In this document: positions 26,377 to 41,520 of the stretch, piece after piece
How positions within the stretch are numbered: position 1 is the first letter of the stretch
How the letters are laid out: each line of letters opens with the position of its first letter
Assembly: GCA_012295275.1 (NCBI GenBank)
Contig: CM022676.1
Location: forward strand, 17,484,001 to 17,548,000
DNA: 64,000 bases
Origin: Chrysomallon squamiferum
Taxonomy: Eukaryota; Animalia; Mollusca
Direction: 5' to 3'
Translations under genes and position numbers: made by a program
The notes under the pieces: model-generated
The model's input: the letters and a program-made list of their open reading frames with translations, nothing else
Databases searched by the model: none
What the model was told of the DNA's origin: nothing

Positions 26377-28030
26377 ATGCTTTGTAATACCGCGATTTAA
26401 AACACTTGTCTAGAGATCTCCTGTGAGGTATATCCAGTTTAGTATCTAGTCACGGTTTTGAGATATCAATCATTATGTTTTGTTATTTTTACGTATTCAT
26501 GAGAGAGGGGGTCAAAGAACAAACTTCTTATCTGCGAACAGACCTTTACGTCCAGCAGTAATCATAATAATACAACAACAAAAATAATAATAATAAAATA
26601 AATAAATAATAGTAATAATAATAACGGCTTCAGGCACACTAGAGAAATAATCTGTAAGTTAAAAAAAAATAGAGAAAAGAAAAAACGTGAATCACAAATT
26701 GCAAACAGAAAATAACATAGCATAAACTCGAACTGCGCAACTGCGCAACTGATCTAACTGAGTAAATGTTTTTATTGTCAATCCATAAATTAGATTTATT
26801 TTCGAATCAAACACGTAATTATTATATATCAAGTATTGTTAGAAATACAGCTACTTTGTAATTTGTTTGTGTACCACATTTTGAAAACAAAATATTAAAT
26901 ATTATGTCATTAACACTAGTACATTGAAAATTATACATAATTATTTTCTAAGTATTTTAATATAACACGTTGGCAAAAATAAATCTTGATAAATCTTGAA
27001 TACTGAACTGATGAGTATCATCTTTTTTAAACTGTACGAATGAAAAACAATACATATAATAATAATAATAATAATAATAATATAATAATAATAATAATAA
27101 TTATAATAATAATAATAATACAATAATAATATTTTCTTGTGAATACTATGTACCTATATTACATCAAGATTTAAAACACGAGTCTAAGATCTCTAGTGAG
27201 GTATCATGTATTGCTCAAACTAACTCGAGCGTGCACAACAAAGAAAAGGCGAAATATGATTTGTAACACCGCAGTTTAAAACACGTGTCTAGAGATCTCC
27301 CGTGAGGTATCCAGTTTAGTACTTAGTCATGTTTTTGAGATTATCTATTACTTGTGTTTTGTTCTTTGTACGTATTAATGAGAGAGGAGATCAAAGATCA
27401 TCCATAATATCTGAGAACAGAACATTTTATACAATTCGCCATACAGTAAAAATAATAATAGATATATTAATATTATTATTAATAATAATATTAATAATAA
27501 TAATAATAATAATATAACAAGTTCAAAAAGCCACAACCAAGTAGAATACAAATTGAAAATATGAAATGATATAGCATAAATTCAAACTGCGTGTATAATC
27601 AAATTTTGTAAATGTTATTACTGTCGATCAATAAATTATTTCCCAATATAACACCTAATTACTATATATCAACTATTGTTAGCAATACAGCTACTTTGTA
27701 ATCTGTTTGTCTATCACGTTTGGAGAAGAAAAGAATGAGTTCCCCTAATACCTTGAAAATTATATGTAATTTAAAACGTTGCCAATTAAGTTATTTTTGT
27801 GGTTGTTGTAATGGTTGAAACAAAGGCGCTACGTTTATAATAACTATTTAATTTTAACTGTTTTCTATATGAACAGTGTAAAATAATACACTTCACCCTG
27901 CCAAAAATAAATCTTGTTTAAACTTGAACACTTAACTGGCGAGTATTGTGTCTTTTAAATTGTACGAATGAAAAACGATACCCAAATAATATTAATAATC
28001 GAAATACTTTTCGGTGAATATTACATAACT
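26377..28030 (+). repeat. Diverged ~880-bp tandem duplication
   Basis: Shared anchors ttaaaacac..gtctagagatctcc.gtgaggtat (26400/27280), aatacagctactttgtaat and tgtacgaatgaaaaac. Confidence 0.8.
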
Positions 28031-29637
28031 ATTTTATAATCGTAACCACTCAACAAGTAAGGCACCAAATAATCCACCAAATAATTTTAAGATAAAGAGG
28101 AAGATACAGAACACACACACACACACAGACACACACACACACACAGAGACACAGACACATACACACACACATATAAACACACATATACAAACATACATAC
28201 ATACACCCAAAATTATCTTTTTCAGAAACAGCAGACAATTTTTCAAGTACGTCACTTCATAGATAATGACATCACTTTGAAGGTAAACAGGCTACCGCGC
28301 GCTCAAGGTGAAATGATCTCAGTTTTTTAATTCTTAATAAAACAATGACGTCAGGCTTCTTGTAATCACTATGCGCAGCTAAATTAACAAGATTGTTATT
28401 AGTGTGTTATCACCTAAGTGAATGAACTCACTCAGAATTATGCTTAAATACATGCGATGCACATTTTGTTTTGTTTTATTGAATTCATCGTAATGGCAGA
28501 GCAGCCTAAAATAAATCGGCAACGTATCAAACTTTCTAAAGCTAAGCTATTGTCACAGACATCACATTAAACATCTACTCCTATAATTCGTTGTTCTCTT
28601 TCTAATGTAACAGGGTTATTAACAAAATACTGTATAGAGACTGTGCTCATGTAATTATGTCACTTCTGATGAAAATCTCAATTACTTTAATTTGTATACA
28701 AGTTTAGAAGAACTGTGTTTATTGTCAACTCTAATCTCAACAGTAAAACAAAGAATTTGACTCAAATAACGGCAGTCCGCTGACTGACCGTAGAATTATT
28801 TTCATGAGATCATTTGACAAAATGGAGCCACAAAGTAACGATACGTTCAACTTTCAAGTGATCTATTTCAAATAATAAATAAGTAAATAAATAAATAAAT
28901 AAGTAAAGAAGGCGACTTACACATTGCCGTGGGTTAATAGTAAATATACTTATATAATAATATTAACAAAGCTAAGCTATTTCGTTTATTTTGCTTTAGT
29001 TTTTTAATCAAAGTTAAGTATTAATTTATTCTAAGGTAATGCAAACAAAGTCAAGATGACCTATGTTTATTCATTGCTGTGTAGCTGTTTTTCTCGCTGT
29101 TATTAGAATTAACTCAAGTGTCAGTGTAACTACTCGTGTGTGCTTCATAATACATTAAGCGAACAGAGTTATCTCTCTTTGTACTCGCACACAACTGAGA
29201 CTAGGATCAAACTGTTAAAGGATAACGTCATAACTATTGCAGGACAAACAGGTAAAAAAGAACATTTTGTTTATCTAGAGAGATATTATTTGTGTAATCA
29301 AACTGACTGAATGTTATTATTATTATTTATTTTATTTTTTTTATTTTTTTTTTTTTTGGAAGGAAGATGAACTAATAACAGAGAAAGTCAAACACGAAAT
29401 TAAACAATAAAAAAATAAATCATAGTGTTTTTATTTTACGCTATATTATAAACGAAGTCAAAAAGAGACACCTAGAATGTTTTCATTAATAATGTGCACT
29501 TAGATGAAATAATAACCATATGAATAATTAATAAATGAATGTGTGAATAAAGAACAGCCAAAATGAATATGAAGAAATTAATACATATTTAAGTAAATTT
29601 TGAATAAATAAACTAAATATATTCTCTCTCATACACT

Positions 29638-29671
<34 letters not shown>

Positions 29672-29818
29672 CTATGTATATTTCTCTCTATCTATATATC
29701 TATCTCTATCTGACTGTTCACTAATGAGAAATGCCTGTCTGACCTGTCATGAACATGGAAAACAATAAAATAAAGCACTGAACAGTCAAGTGCCTCTCTG
29801 TGGTTCAGTGAAACAGAA

Positions 29819-29819
<1 letters not shown>

Positions 29820-29906
<87 letters not shown>
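29820..29906 (+). repeat. (AG)n microsatellite
   Basis: Pure GA run. Confidence 0.97.
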
Positions 29907-29910
<4 letters not shown>

Positions 29911-30215
29911 GTAGTCGTTGTAGCAAATAATGGACCCTCCCTACATATCAGTACTTAATAAGATAATTAGTTTCAAAATATACTGGAGTGAAAAATAATA
30001 ATAATAATTATAATTATAATAATAAATTAATTCATTAATTCATGACAAAATGAAAACAAATAAATAAACAAGTAAATAAGTAAAAGTGTGTAAATAAATA
30101 AATAAATAATTGTCTCTGTGATAAAAGTACATGAATTATTATTTATTAGTGAATGGTGTAGACAAGTTTGATTTCCAGTTCAATATGGCTACAAAACTTA
30201 TGAATTGAAAATCAT

Positions 30216-30415
30216 NNNNNNNNNNNNNNNNNNNNNNNNNNNNNNNNNNNNNNNNNNNNNNNNNNNNNNNNNNNNNNNNNNNNNNNNNNNNNNNNNNNNN
30301 NNNNNNNNNNNNNNNNNNNNNNNNNNNNNNNNNNNNNNNNNNNNNNNNNNNNNNNNNNNNNNNNNNNNNNNNNNNNNNNNNNNNNNNNNNNNNNNNNNNN
30401 NNNNNNNNNNNNNNN
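30216..30415. other. Assembly gap (200 N; true size and relative contig orientation unknown)
   Basis: Exactly 200 N, typical of a scaffolding placeholder. Confidence 0.99.
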
Positions 30416-30643
30416 CGTTCGGTTACGTATTATATTTGTTTCTTCGAGAAGTTCTCCTGTGAACATTTGATGAAAAACTTCGCTTCGAATGATCAGAATT
30501 AACTGATGCGCATCGACAGCAGTTTTATGTTCCCCAAAAAAAAATCTGACGTCCGTGTGAGTTTTTGTAAGAAAAACGTGTTCAAGGCATTCTTTCAGAT
30601 TCTTCCCTGTCTGCCAACCTGAGACTGAAGTTGAGGTGGCCAT
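30416..30643 (-). CDS. BTB/POZ-domain protein paralog, first coding exon, truncated by gap
   Basis: MATSTSVSGWQTGKNLKECLEHVFLTKTHTDVRF..VDAHQLILIIRSEVFHQMFTGEL, clearly paralogous to 40662-40918. Confidence 0.8.
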
Positions 30644-30663
30644 GTTCTCACTAGAAACAGAAG

Positions 30664-30700
<37 letters not shown>

Positions 30701-30816
30701 TTCCTAGAGAATTAAAATAAAATTAAATTAAAATAATGAAAATAAACAAAAAGTAAAGTAGGAAAACAAAAATCAAATAAAATTATAAAATCAATAACTC
30801 ACTAATAATAATAATC

Positions 30817-30848
<32 letters not shown>

Positions 30849-30869
30849 GTCATACTAAATATAATTTAC

Positions 30870-32355
30870 AAATATATCCGTGTACATATGACCTGTAGAC
30901 GGACATATTCCAAAACCGAAACAAATATTATTTTTTATATAAAAAAAATAATCAAACCAAGATAATTTCTAAAAACCGTCTACTTGCTGTTTAACGCATC
31001 TACAACTGAACACTGAGATCAGAGGTCTAAACATAAATCAACAACTAACTAACTAAATAAATAAATAAAAAAATAAAAGATAAGGAAAGAAAGAAAAACA
31101 TGGAATAGATAAAGAATAAAAAAGAAATACCTTGTGCTGATGGTAATGCATACTATGATGATCACGAAGACAGAAAGAATCATTTTTGTTATCATTATTA
31201 TTATAAACAGAGGTGTGTGGTCAGTCAGGTAAGAAATATTCACTCTGGGAGAATCGATTTTCTCAATGTACTTGTGGTCATTTATACCAACTTACTTCTC
31301 GAAAAGTGAGCAAAATTATCCGTCAGTGAGAGATCTAAAAAGAAACATGTAAGAAAAGGGAAAGAAAATAAGAAAAATAAAGGAACAAGATGCGATGTTT
31401 TTAAAGTGTAAACAATATAAAATACTTTGTAATTTCAATATGGCTACCTACCTCAAAACTTTCTGATAAGCGACTACTTTCTGTATAACCTCTAGAATAG
31501 AGTGCAGGTATAACCGATGTAAAAATAAAATAGCTAACATATATATAAAAATTGTGAATAATTAATAACTTATTAAATAAGAGCTGTATTAGGGTACTAA
31601 TACTAAAATACATATAAAAACATACTAAAGATCAGATTAAAACGTGTATGTCCTTTTGGTATTTAGGACGATGTAACGAATTCACTGTTAATACATTGTG
31701 CACATAAGTGCAGAAAATAAAATAAAAAAGCACTTGTCTACATTGTGAGAAGATAAATAATTTCAATAACGACGCTACATACAAACACAACCAGAACAAA
31801 AACCGAATTAGTTTCAATAAAGCAAATAAAAAGGAAATCGAAAATAATACAGTATATGAGATAATATTATTATTAGATTTTTCATCCGTAACATCCATAC
31901 ACGAGAACTGTAAATAATATTTCGCTGACAACGCATTTTCAAGTCAGGCTTTACCTAACGTTTTTCATGTGAATATAAAAGAACACCTCACACTATAACG
32001 ACCTATTTGTTAGAGAACTAACTCTGATATATCTAATAATAATCAAACTAGAACACTCGAATCGTTAAAACATAATAAATTATAAAATATCATCCGCTTT
32101 CAATATGGCCGACTTGTTTCACTTCTGCTTTCTTTACTTTTAGCTATCAGAATCCGCCACTGATAAACACGTTGACTGACGTCAAACATCTCTACGTCAT
32201 CAAGTGTCACTTCTCGGGTTTCAATGTCAGATTAAAATAAACAAATCGTTTTACGAGACATATACACTCATCTTACACATATTTTTCCTTAAAGTACATT
32301 ATATTGATTTAATGTAGTTCTATTAGTTTGCATTGTTTTTATTTGTTATAAAATG

Positions 32356-32402
<47 letters not shown>

Positions 32403-33450
32403 CACAGTAATAATAATAATAATAGTAATAATAATAATAATTCAAAAGAAAAAGGAAAAATAAGTGTAACTATTAGTTTAGAACTACATCGGTGCCAACT
32501 ACAATCGGTAATTTGTTAGAAGCGAGTACGTTCTGTTTAACTATTCTACTATTGATCAATAAGATCAGATATAAATAAATATCTTGATAAAATAAAATAA
32601 AATAAAATAAAATAAAATGAATACATAAATAAATAAATGGAACTAAATAAAGTAATAAGATGGATAAAAATATGGCATTAGCTATTCATAGTTCATATGA
32701 CTTATATTAGAATTATGACGATTATAATAATACTGATGATGACGACGACAACAACAACAATAATGGATTTAGTTTAACTACTACCAATAATACTCTCACA
32801 ACAACGGCTGATATTTCTATGCTGCATCTACAACTACTGCTGCTGCCACTTCTACCACTGAAACTTCTACTATTAAACCTACTGCTACCATTATTAGTAG
32901 CACAAATATCATTATTATTACTACTGCCACAAATGTATTTATTTATATATTAGATACACACACATACGCACATATATATATATATATAAATATATATATA
33001 CAGTAATAATAATAACAACACAAACAAGAACATACTAATCGTATCGTGTGCATGTCTTATCTCTCTGACGATACTCACGTGACCAGTATATCAAGATACA
33101 TGCTAACACGTGACTGTTTGTTTCTTATGTAGGTCAGATAAAAACAGTGTATCACACGAGAACAAAGCTATAGCTGGGTGTTATCTACAATGATCTGACA
33201 AATTTATTTTTAATACAGTGTCTGCGCATAAGTGTAGAAATAAACAGAAAACGTGTGAAATTATTTAAACTGTGAAAAAATATAAAATTTATATAACAAT
33301 GATAAAGACAAACACATCAACAACCAAATTACTTCCAATAGACAAATAAACAAACAAACTCTTAAACAGAAAATAATACAGTTGTACGAGTTAATATTAT
33401 TATTACGTTTTTATTGGCAAGTTCAATAGACATGATTATAAATAAATCAA
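30870..33450 (-). repeat. Upstream region of the BTB paralog; diverged direct repeat of ~41540-43320
   Basis: Shared blocks: gaacactgagatcagaggtctaaa, ttacttctcgaaaagt.agcaaaattatccgtcagtga, CRE/YY1 module, gaccagtatatcaag...aacacgtgac. Confidence 0.85.
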
Positions 33451-34353
33451 CTTTATCTCAGAACACATTTTTCAAGTCAGGGTCTACATTATATTTAATT
33501 CATGTCTATTTAGAAAACCTCACAACATAATGATCAGTGTCCTACCCACTTCTAGTTAAGTGATCCTATTTCTTTGTTGTATCGAAACAAACGAACATAT
33601 AAGCATATTGTAAATAATTGCAGTGTCATGGTCAGGGTGTCACGTGTACATCAGTAGCAGCGAACATCTTTTTATCTTTACCTTTGTAGATGAAAACAAA
33701 TACACTAACATTTTAAACACTGGTTGGAACATGAGATAGAAAAAGACGAATGTTACATTAGAAGAAAGGGATGAATGAAAAAACGACAAAAATAAAAAAA
33801 TAAAAAATGAAAGAGGGAGGGAAGGAAGGAAGAAATAAATGTTTCATTTAAGACACACTCAGCACATTTTATTTGCTGATTTGTGTGCTGCTAAGGACGG
33901 CTGAGATAAAACGAGATGAACTCTGTGTGTGTACATCTCACATAGATATATACATACATACATACTACATACATATATGTATGTATGTATGTATATATTC
34001 GTATTCGTATTCACCAAATTATTTCGAAATTTAAAAGGATATTGTTAGTTCAGATTTTAAAACATATAACATTCATAGACATTTCTATCAGCACCTAAAA
34101 CAATTAAGTTAATGTTCGATGTACGAGATACTGATTTTGTTCTCACGAGGTAAAACTCAATGATCTAAAACTGAAAACACTAACAAAAAAACCCCCCCAA
34201 AAAACCCAATCAAAAACCAAATAATAATAATTCTGCTAATAATAAAAACACCAGCAATACCAATAGCAATGATAATTATAATTATAAATAAATAAATAAA
34301 ATTAATACATAATAACTAAAACTGGAAAGTATTCCATCACTATGAGTTTCCAA

Positions 34354-34469
<116 letters not shown>

Positions 34470-35957
34470 GAACGAAATGGAATGCTTACCAGGTTGGATT
34501 ATTTTCTAAGAAGGAGATAACAATCAGGCTGTGTTGCTGTGGAAACCAGGTTTCAGTTGTATGAGACAAACACACAAATACGTGATCTAATATACCCGCT
34601 TGAAGAGAACTTTGACCATCTCGTGATGGAGATAACAGTCAGGTGAGATATGCCAGCTTGAAAACATGTCCTTATTTGGTAAACTGATAATTACATACGT
34701 CAATCAAAACGATTACTAATCAACAATACACTTTTATCTTTTCTCTTTAACGTGAAATAAAAGAGACAGGTCCGGTTTTGCATAAATAACGGGTGGGTGT
34801 TCTATTTATACATTTACTTTTCACAACAGTTACCTGTAGCTATTACTACCACTACTACAATTACTTCTAATACTGCTAATATATAGTACAACTGCTACGG
34901 CTTTACTACCACTACTAACATCAATACCATTATTAGTATTATAACTAATTTAACTACTGTTAGTACTCTGGATCATACTACTTCTGCTTCTACCACTACA
35001 CCTACTGCTACTATTACTGCTATTGCTACATGTACTAGCATTCCTACCACAAACATTACTGCTACTACTGTTACTAATGCTATTGTTGTTAATACTAATC
35101 ATATTGCTATAGCTTTACTACTACAACTATTACTACTGCTATTATAAGTACTATTACTATTACTGCTATTATACGTATAACAGCAGTTATTATTCTTTCT
35201 GCTACTACTACTGTTTTCTAATTTCAAATCACTTTATGATATTTTATTTTTTAACACCGAAAATATCTTTGTTAAATCTACTTTGATTTAATTATGTATG
35301 TTCAACTCGTTTATAACTAGCTTATTAGTAAAACACGTGTTAGTGATAAGATGACCTACTAATCTTTTTTGTGAAGAGTAAAGTTTACTTTGCTGTCTTA
35401 AATGTTTTACCTTGAGATAAACTAAATATAATGCCAGCTTTCCACACACACAAACACACACATACACATTCACAAACAGAAACACAAAAACAAACTAACT
35501 CTTAGAAAACATTAATAAATCAATCAATTAATTAATCAATTAATTAGAACACACATGATTGTGTTAGAATAGTGGGGGCATATTTAATCTCAAATAATTT
35601 TATTTATTTATGTATGTATTTATTTAATTAATTATTTACTTATTTATCATCATCATCATCAACATATATATATATATTCTGAATGTCCTTATTTTTGAGA
35701 AATTAAGAATTGACCATAAATGGAAATCACACACAGACGTACAGACATACGCACAAAGAAACACAATCTTAAACGCATACACACACATAAATATAGAGAC
35801 TTACAAACACATACATACATGCACACGGAGAAATACACACACATATACTGAAGCATACACATACTCAGACACACATACATACACACACCCATACATAAGC
35901 ACAGGGTCTTCTCTTACGTTTATTATTATTGTTGTTATTATTATCATTCTTATTATA

Positions 35958-36002
<45 letters not shown>

Positions 36003-36686
36003 GTTATTATCATTATTATTGTTAATATTGAAATAAATAATCTTTAATCATTGCTGGTATTGAAGATAATACTGGATACAGAGAAGGAAACAATCTTTGT
36101 TTAATCGATTAATATACTTTAAAATATTTCAAACATAATTAATTTAGTAGTACTAGTAGTAGCAGTCGTAGTCGTAGTAGTAGTAGTAGTTGTTGTTGTA
36201 GTTGTAGTAGTAGTAATAGTAGTAGTAGTAGTTGTAGTAGTAGTAGTAATAGTAGTAGTAGTAGTAGTAGTGGTAATAATAATATAATAATAATTTCTTT
36301 ATGGTCAAACTTTTCATTCTTTAATAATGTAAATGTAGTTATATTTTACAGTAGTAATTTTCTACGAGTGGTTTGAAATTTTTGTTATCTCTGCTGAACT
36401 TGTTCTTCAAACACGAGTTGGTGATAACATGACCTACACATCTGCTTTATCAGGTCTAAAGTTTGCTTAGTTGTCTAAATTTATTCAATATAGATAAAGA
36501 TTACTCTACTACAAAGTCAACTTGAGAGAGAGAAAATAAACAAATGAACAAATAGAGAAATAAGTAAATAAAAAACTAACAAATAAATAAATAAATAAGA
36601 AAAAACTTAATAAATGTGTAAAAAGAAAACCATCTATTATTATAGTAGTATATTTTAAACAACACACTCACGCACACACACACATC

Positions 36687-36762
<76 letters not shown>

Positions 36763-39382
36763 TGGAAAGATCGGAAGAGAATCACACATTATCACACGAG
36801 GTGAACCATTGTGTTGTATGGAGACGGGTGTGGATGTTCATAAATATCTTTATCAACAGACTCGTATAGTCCATGAACATCTGAATATCAGTTCGTATAT
36901 CATCTCTTCATTTACCTAAAATATGATTCACCTGGAGAAACATTTCAACAAGACACGAGGAGCAGAAATTCAAACTTGGAGCACAAGACGTACTCCCCAG
37001 TATCGCTCTCACATCTTAAACAGCGCGCAGCTTGATACCAGAGTTTTCTTCCAACAGTTTTCTTCTAATATCTCCTTTGTTGAAGAACACAACAGTCGCT
37101 GTTAGTTTTATTAAATAGTTAGTTAGTATTACTGGCTACTGCTGTCATTACTACTAAGTTGTGTATTGTGCATCCGACAAGGCGACAGGAGTATGTATAT
37201 GTGTGCAAAAATAAGCAGGCGCACACTCGCAACCACGCACACAGTACAGAGACATATATCACAGCTACAGAAGGCTTTGTTACAAAGAAACACAGCCATA
37301 TTAATTCTGTGTGACATTGCATGTTACTGAAATATCCGAACTACGCTTAATGAAATTTCGAATACTGACAGAATAAACATGTATAGTTTAGTTCTGCAGA
37401 AATAGAATGACAAATTATATAAATGCATTACAAATTAAACAAATAATTTAATAAATGTTTTATATTTTACAGAAATCAGACGATTAACTTGTCTAAATTA
37501 CGTAATCGGACTGACGTCACTGGACAAGGAGCAATGACAATAACAACAAGACAAGTAACAGTGACTACTGCCTCTAGCACTTCTGCTCTTACTACTATTT
37601 CTATTTCTAGTTATTACTCTAATATTAGTTTCATTTAGTTTATAACAAGAGAATAACAATAACAACAAATATTACTTCTACTTCTGCTAGTAACACAAAA
37701 CAATACAAAAATTAAAACAGTTATTACTACAAATACCACCAGCACCACTGTTACTACTAATATTATTTCCAATATGAATCTCTAAAACAAATAGTTTTCA
37801 GGGAGCGTCTGCCAGATTACAGATCAAATCAAATTTATTTTGATTTCTTTTTTTAGAAATAATAGCATGACAAATAGATATAAAAGAATACAGTGCATAC
37901 CGCCAGAAATATATATATATTCAATATAAAAATTGAGTAATGAGTCAACTGTACATGTGTATGTGTGTATGCGTGCGTGCGTGTGTGTGTGTGTGTGTAC
38001 ATACATACAAACAATTTACAGCTCACAAGATAAGACTCTTTGACCTTAAAAGATAATCACCATTATTTAGTCACTGAATTCCCAAAACACTGCACAAAAT
38101 GATGAATCAGTTTTGGAAAATTAACTTTCTAGAAAACAAAACAAAAAAATAAAATAAAATAAAATAAAATAAAAAATCAGAATGTAAATAAATAAACAAA
38201 TAAATAATTGTTTTATGGTCACTATATGCAGAAGATCACAGATAGGCATACACAATTAAATTTTATAATACAGTTAGACAGAACCTGAATCATAATTTTA
38301 ACTTTGAAAAAGGAATCCATTTATTCAGTGGAATTAATAGGAGATTTAAAAAGTAACTGACACAAATACACGCTTTTAACAGCTTAGAAATTTCTAGGTG
38401 AGAATCCCAGCCAGTCATTTAACCAAATAGTTTAAACTGAAGACATATATTCATGTATGTGATGTCAGAAGATAAAATTCAGTTTTGAAATCAGTTTGGT
38501 TCAAAAACTGATAGAGCGTGTGAAAAAACAACAACAACAAAAGTTAAAAAGTAAAATGTTCTTGCACATAAGCGGTATTGGAAAAAAAGCTATTTGTCAC
38601 TGTGAACAAGCAGTTTTGAACTTAAAGAGATTTCTGAATTGTCCTGTTCATCATCTGAATCTGACATATTTGTTTTCAGTTTACTGTCCTCGCTGTTTCA
38701 GCTATCACTGGAACAGTCATCAGATATTTCACACTGTCCACACACTGAACTCTGAGCTATCACTGGAACAGTCATAAGATATTCCAGACACTGAACTCTG
38801 TCTCACGTTCTCAACTTGTTTGTATGTTTCTGATTTCGGCTAATCACAATGATCTAGTGTTTTATTTGTTTCAATTTCTGCAGTTACTGAACTTTGTTTC
38901 ATTTTGTTTACCTGTATTTACAAGTCCGATGTTTTATCTAGATATCTGTTTGCTGTTTCATTTCTTTCAAACTCTGCAGAGTTCTGTTTCGTCAGAGCTG
39001 TATTCTCACCTGATAGGTTGTGATGAAATTCTTTATTTAAACTGAATCAATTTCAGAATATTTATTATTCTTATTTTTAACAGGTATATAGATATTTGTA
39101 ATACGCACGCTCTTGTCAACGTCCGCTTCTGTGTTCAGGGTTTAGACGACAATGTCAGATTCAAGTGTTTCTTCTTCACTTTGTTTTCATTTATTTCAGC
39201 TTTGTCCCTATCTTCCTCAGCACTTTGTGTTTGAAATCTATGTATATTTACGTGTATGTTACATCTTTTTTCAGATTTTCTGCTCGTTATTTCACTTGTT
39301 TTCGCCTGCTCGTTACTTTCATACACCTGACTTTTCTTCATTTTCCTTTCCTGTTTATTGCACACTTCAATCTCATCTTCTT

Positions 39383-40618
39383 TTACGTTTGTTTCTTCAT
39401 CGATGTTTCAAACCTCGATCGTGTTTTTTGCACTAAAAATAACAAAGCAGGTATTTGTCCGTCTGTCACACATGTACGAAGTTGTCTGTCACTGTGTTTA
39501 GATTTGTGTGACTGAGAAAATCTACAAACAAAAGAGTCTACAACAATTCTTGATTTACCTTCACCTCCACACCATGTGCGTCCTCCCTTAACAGTAACAA
39601 ACAAGCTGTACTCAGTGTCTTCAGTAATCTTCACTGGACGTCTGAACTCGACGTCATACACATCGGACACGAGTTCATATCTCTGTGTCAGCGTAGACCC
39701 ATCCATGATTACGTCTGTTCTTGTGTCAGTGACGAAGGCGCTGACGTCGTAGTTTCGTGGTACATAGTAACCGTACAACTGAAATCCGCGAAGTAAAGCA
39801 TTTTTCTTGACAGAGAAAGTAATGGAGTCATCATATTCACCAGAACATGACAAGTAATCAAATAATCCGAGTAATTCACCATACGCACCTAACCTGTTTA
39901 TTGTAATCTGTGTTTTCATTGCAGTTCTCTTGTTAGAGTTAAAAGGTGAAACATCTTCATCACTGCTCACCAAGTTTTTAAAAATCTTGATTTGTTCTGC
40001 GTCAGTGAGTATGTGAGTGGGTGTCACGTGTTTTACAAAATACGTCTGATCGAGTAATGGATAACGCACGTGCTTCACGACCTCTCCCAGTGCTTCGCGC
40101 ATGTTCTTTCCATTCGTCGCTCTTACTTGCTTCCTGCAGGCGCTGTCAGCCCACTTCACAGCGGCTTCAAAAACATTTTTCTCGTCTGCTCTCAGTTCGT
40201 CTGATAGTACGATCTCAACCAGACATTCGTGACAAAGATCGGTGACTTCACCTGACTTCAGAACTTCGTCGCCATTTTTCAAAATGAAGTCCAGAGTTTT
40301 TTTCCTTAGATCAGGTTCATCAAACAGGTGAGCTTGTTCCAACACGACGCACGCATTCTGTGACGACAACGACGACTCAAAATAGTTTAAGCATTTGGCT
40401 TCAAGAGTTGTGATGATGTACTTCCTCGATAGATACAGCAGACCGGTGACGTTGTCGCCTGTTAGGACGACGTCATCCGTATAAAGATATCTGCGTAAAA
40501 GAAGTAGATTAAGACATTAAAGTATCAGATAATTATGTGATATTAATTATTTAATAAACAATTAGATTACTAACAAAAACTGTATTGTTATCAACGTTTC
40601 TGTCTGTCTGTATGTGTT

Positions 40619-40652
<34 letters not shown>

Positions 40653-40918
40653 TTAACATACTTTAAAAACTCTGAGAAGATTTCTGCCTGCATATCCGGT
40701 ACTTTGATACTTGTTTGTTCGCGAAGTTCTCCGGTCAGCATCTGATGAAAAACTTCGCTTCGAATAATGAGAATAAAACGATGGGCATCGACAGCAATTT
40801 TATGTTCACCAACCAAAAATCTGACGTCCGTGTCAGTTCTTGTACGAAAAACGTGTTCAAGGCATTGCACCAGATTCTTCCCTGTCTGCCAACTTGAGAT
40901 TATAGTTGCGGTGGCCAT
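39383..40918 (-). CDS. BTB-BACK-PHR protein (BTBD2/3/6-like, putative Cullin-3 adaptor); join(40918-40662, 40490-39383), 454 aa
   Basis: GT-AG phase-2 intron 40661-40491 gives FLK|YLYTDDV..NVTGLLYLSRKY; BACK (NAC..LEQAHLFDE, VFEAAVKWA..C, VRYPLL); PHR (DSITFSV..GFQLYG..GQIPALLF); frame intact. Confidence 0.93.
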
Positions 40919-40934
40919 ATTTTCACTACAAACA

Positions 40935-40995
<61 letters not shown>

Positions 40996-41190
40996 GTAAT
41001 AATAACAATAATAAAAATAACAGTAATAATAATAATAATAATAACAGTAATAATAATAAGAAGAAGAAAGATAATAAAAATTATAATAATAAAAAAATAG
41101 TAATCGTAATAACAATAAAATGACAAGAACAATAATAATAATAATTATAAAAAACCTAATAAAATAATAACATTAACATTAACAAAAAAA

Positions 41191-41279
<89 letters not shown>

Positions 41280-41481
41280 CATAAAATAATAATAATAATA
41301 ATAACAATAATAATAAAAAATAAAATAATAATAATAATAATAATATCAATAACAATAATAATAATAATGAAAATAATACCAATAATAATAATAACACTAA
41401 AAATATAATAATAGAAATAACAATAACAACAATAAGAACAACAACAACAATAATAATAATAATATTAATAATAATAATAAT

Positions 41482-41520
<39 letters not shown>

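Noticed and set aside
30205-30462. ORF spanning the N run
   Set aside because: Artifact of the assembly gap
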